Part shown: positions 25,473 through 27,019 of the stretch, in pieces
Position numbering within the stretch: the stretch's first letter is position 1
Layout of the letters: every line of letters starts with the position of its first letter
Assembly: GCA_040390065.1 (NCBI GenBank)
Contig: JAZJZE010000012.1
Span: 1 to 27,019 of the forward strand
Origin: a bacterium
Lineage (GTDB): Archaea > Thermoplasmatota > E2 > JACPAO01 > JAHFTW01
DNA length: 27,019 nucleotides
Direction of reading: 5' to 3'
Translations under genes and position numbers: made by a program
The notes under the pieces: generated by a model
What the model was told of the DNA's origin: nothing
Database searches by the model: none
Seen by the model: only the letters and a program-made list of their open reading frames with translations

Positions 25473-26791
25473 GTCACGACCTGCGTGTAGCTCTCGCCCA
25501 GGAAGTGCACCTGCAGGATCTGGAACTTGCCGGGCGCGATGCCGTCGGAGATGAAGCCGAAGTCGTTCGAGTACGCGTTGTCCACGATGGCGTACACGCC
25601 TGCCTTCAGGCCGTAGGTGTTGCTGGCGTCGAACTCGTAATAGTCAACGCGACCCATGGTCTGCTGCGCCTCGTCGACGGTGCTGCCGACCAGCACGATG
25701 GCGATGGCGTGGTCGAAGCCGACGTCCGTTTCCGCGTTGACGTACGCCTGCGCTGCCGCGATGCCCCAGTAGTTGTAGAACGCGACCTCGAGCATGTTGG
25801 CGTCCTCGCAGTCGCCGGCCCGTTCGTTGTACGTCTCGTCCGGCGTCTGGTGGTAGTCGTTGCCCGGGCGGCCGTCGCCGATTGCGTAGCGTGGATCCGC
25901 CTTCGGCGCATTCTCGTCGTCGTAGCGGTACGGGATGTTGCCTTCCACCCAGTAGTAGAACGCCGCCGCCTCGGTGCGGTCGACGTTGCCGTTGTGGTCC
26001 GCGTCGAAGGTCGCGAAGAACGCTTGCAGGCCGGCGGAAACGAGGCCCTCCGGGAGCTTGACGGTCGAGCCTTCGGGCAGTGCGTCCTGCGCCGGCGGCT
26101 GGTAGTCGCCCTGGGTCTTTGCCTGCGCGATGTAGTCGTTCACTTGCCCGATGTTGGTGTCGACCTCGTCGGCGCTTGATTCCTGCGTCTGCGCGTCGGC
26201 CTCGGACAGGGACATCTCGGTTGCCGTGTCGGGGTCGTCGCGCAGCAGTTGCCGGATGTGGGCGGCCGCATCGCGCAGGTCCTGCGCCGCGTTGCGGCCG
26301 CTTTGCAGGCTCAACTCAAGGCTTGCGATGGCGAGCCCCTTCTCGTCGGCATTGGTGGCCTGCTCGTAGAACTGCACGTTCTCCGTGAACGACTGCGCCC
26401 AAGACGTAGCCTCGGACGTGGCGTCGACGAACAACGCCAGCAGAGTCGTCACCTCGTCGTACAGGTGCGCATCGTGGGCGGAGAGAAGGGCCCGCTTGTC
26501 GTAGAGGGCGCCGTACAGCTCCAGCAAGCCATCCTTGGCCCCGTCGACGCAGTCGCGGGCCCCGTCGAAGTCCTCGGCGGCCAGGGCGTCCCCGGCGCAG
26601 CCGAGACCGTCCACGACCTGCATCATGCCCGTCTGGATGACGTCGACCGCGGCGGGGTCGGACTCGAGGGGCGCCGTTGTGGTGTTCGGCTGCGTCGTGG
26701 TCGACGTCGACGACAGGTTCGTGGCCGGGCTGCTGCAGCCGGCGACGGCGAAGGTCAGGACCGCAATCCAGGCGGCAAGCGCAATGCGCAT
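25469..26791 (-). CDS. Lipoprotein with an acidic helical domain, an EF-hand and a transglutaminase-like cysteine protease core
   Basis: Start reassigned to MRIALAAW..VAGC; EF-hand loop DADHNGNVDRTE; YWVEGNIPYRYD, QTPDETY..AGDCED, DHAIA and IVDN motifs. Confidence 0.85.
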   Translation of the reverse strand: MRIALAAWIAVLTFAVAGCSSPATNLSSTSTTTQPNTTTAPLESDPAAVDVIQTGMMQVVDGLGCAGDALAAEDFDGARDCVDGAKDGLLELYGALYDKRALLSAHDAHLYDEVTTLLALFVDATSEATSWAQSFTENVQFYEQATNADEKGLAIASLELSLQSGRNAAQDLRDAAAHIRQLLRDDPDTATEMSLSEADAQTQESSADEVDTNIGQVNDYIAQAKTQGDYQPPAQDALPEGSTVKLPEGLVSAGLQAFFATFDADHNGNVDRTEAAAFYYWVEGNIPYRYDDENAPKADPRYAIGDGRPGNDYHQTPDETYNERAGDCEDANMLEVAFYNYWGIAAAQAYVNAETDVGFDHAIAIVLVGSTVDEAQQTMGRVDYYEFDASNTYGLKAGVYAIVDNAYSNDFGFISDGIAPGKFQILQVHFLGESYTQVVT

Positions 26792-26824
26792 GCACCGGGG
26801 AACGCAGGCCCAAGGGATGAGCAT

Positions 26825-27002
26825 TGCCGGAGGCTCGGGCGTTCCGGCTCCCTGCGGGGGTGGCCTCGGCGGCCGGCTTGCCAACGAGGCCCCGGAGGGC
26901 AGGAGCCGAGTGCCCTCAGCGAGCGCAGCGATGCTGTGGCGCGACGGCGACCGGCCGCCGTCTCCGCCAGGGGGGTCCGGGGGATGCGCAGCGTCCCCCG
27001 GA
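26825..27002. repeat. Second intergenic cluster of inverted repeats
   Basis: CGGCTCC(C)TGC/GCAGGAGCCG stem; CAGC..GCTG around GAGCGCAGCGA; GACGGCG/CGCCGTC; 26976-26987/26991-27002 (12 pairs, one G.U). Confidence 0.55.
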
Positions 27003-27019
27003 GTCGGCACCTGCCGGCC

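Overview
High-GC archaeal chromosomal segment, most likely from a Thermoplasmatota-like euryarchaeon. Archaeal origin rests on the EF-1alpha/uS10 pair, the archaeal thiolase plus DUF35 protein, a PRC-barrel cell-division-type protein and TATA-like boxes about 25 nt ahead of start codons; the phylum is an inference. About 31 credible CDSs are present. In order: the end of tuf and rps10; a cupredoxin lipoprotein and a two-domain multicopper oxidase; a dTDP-rhamnose operon (rfbA-C-D-B); a cyclophilin, an RPA-like OB-fold protein, an MPG glycosylase, a FolM-like SDR and a redoxin-like protein; thiolase-DUF35; a large secreted-domain/TM/double-wHTH regulator; an hbd-crt-acd-etfB-etfA acyl-CoA operon; and a block of surface genes. 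The most notable observations are (1) two paralogous secreted Thr/Ala/Gly-rich beta proteins that look like donor-strand-exchange (thread/TasA-like) filament subunits, (2) an intact, translationally coupled EtfAB pair that has lost the canonical FAD/AMP-binding motifs, (3) the membrane-spanning one-component regulator, (4) a lipoprotein with an EF-hand fused to a transglutaminase-like Cys-His-Asp core, and (5) several heavily structured intergenic palindrome clusters. No tRNA, rRNA, CRISPR array or transposase was recognised. All family calls come from motif reading by eye, not database searches.
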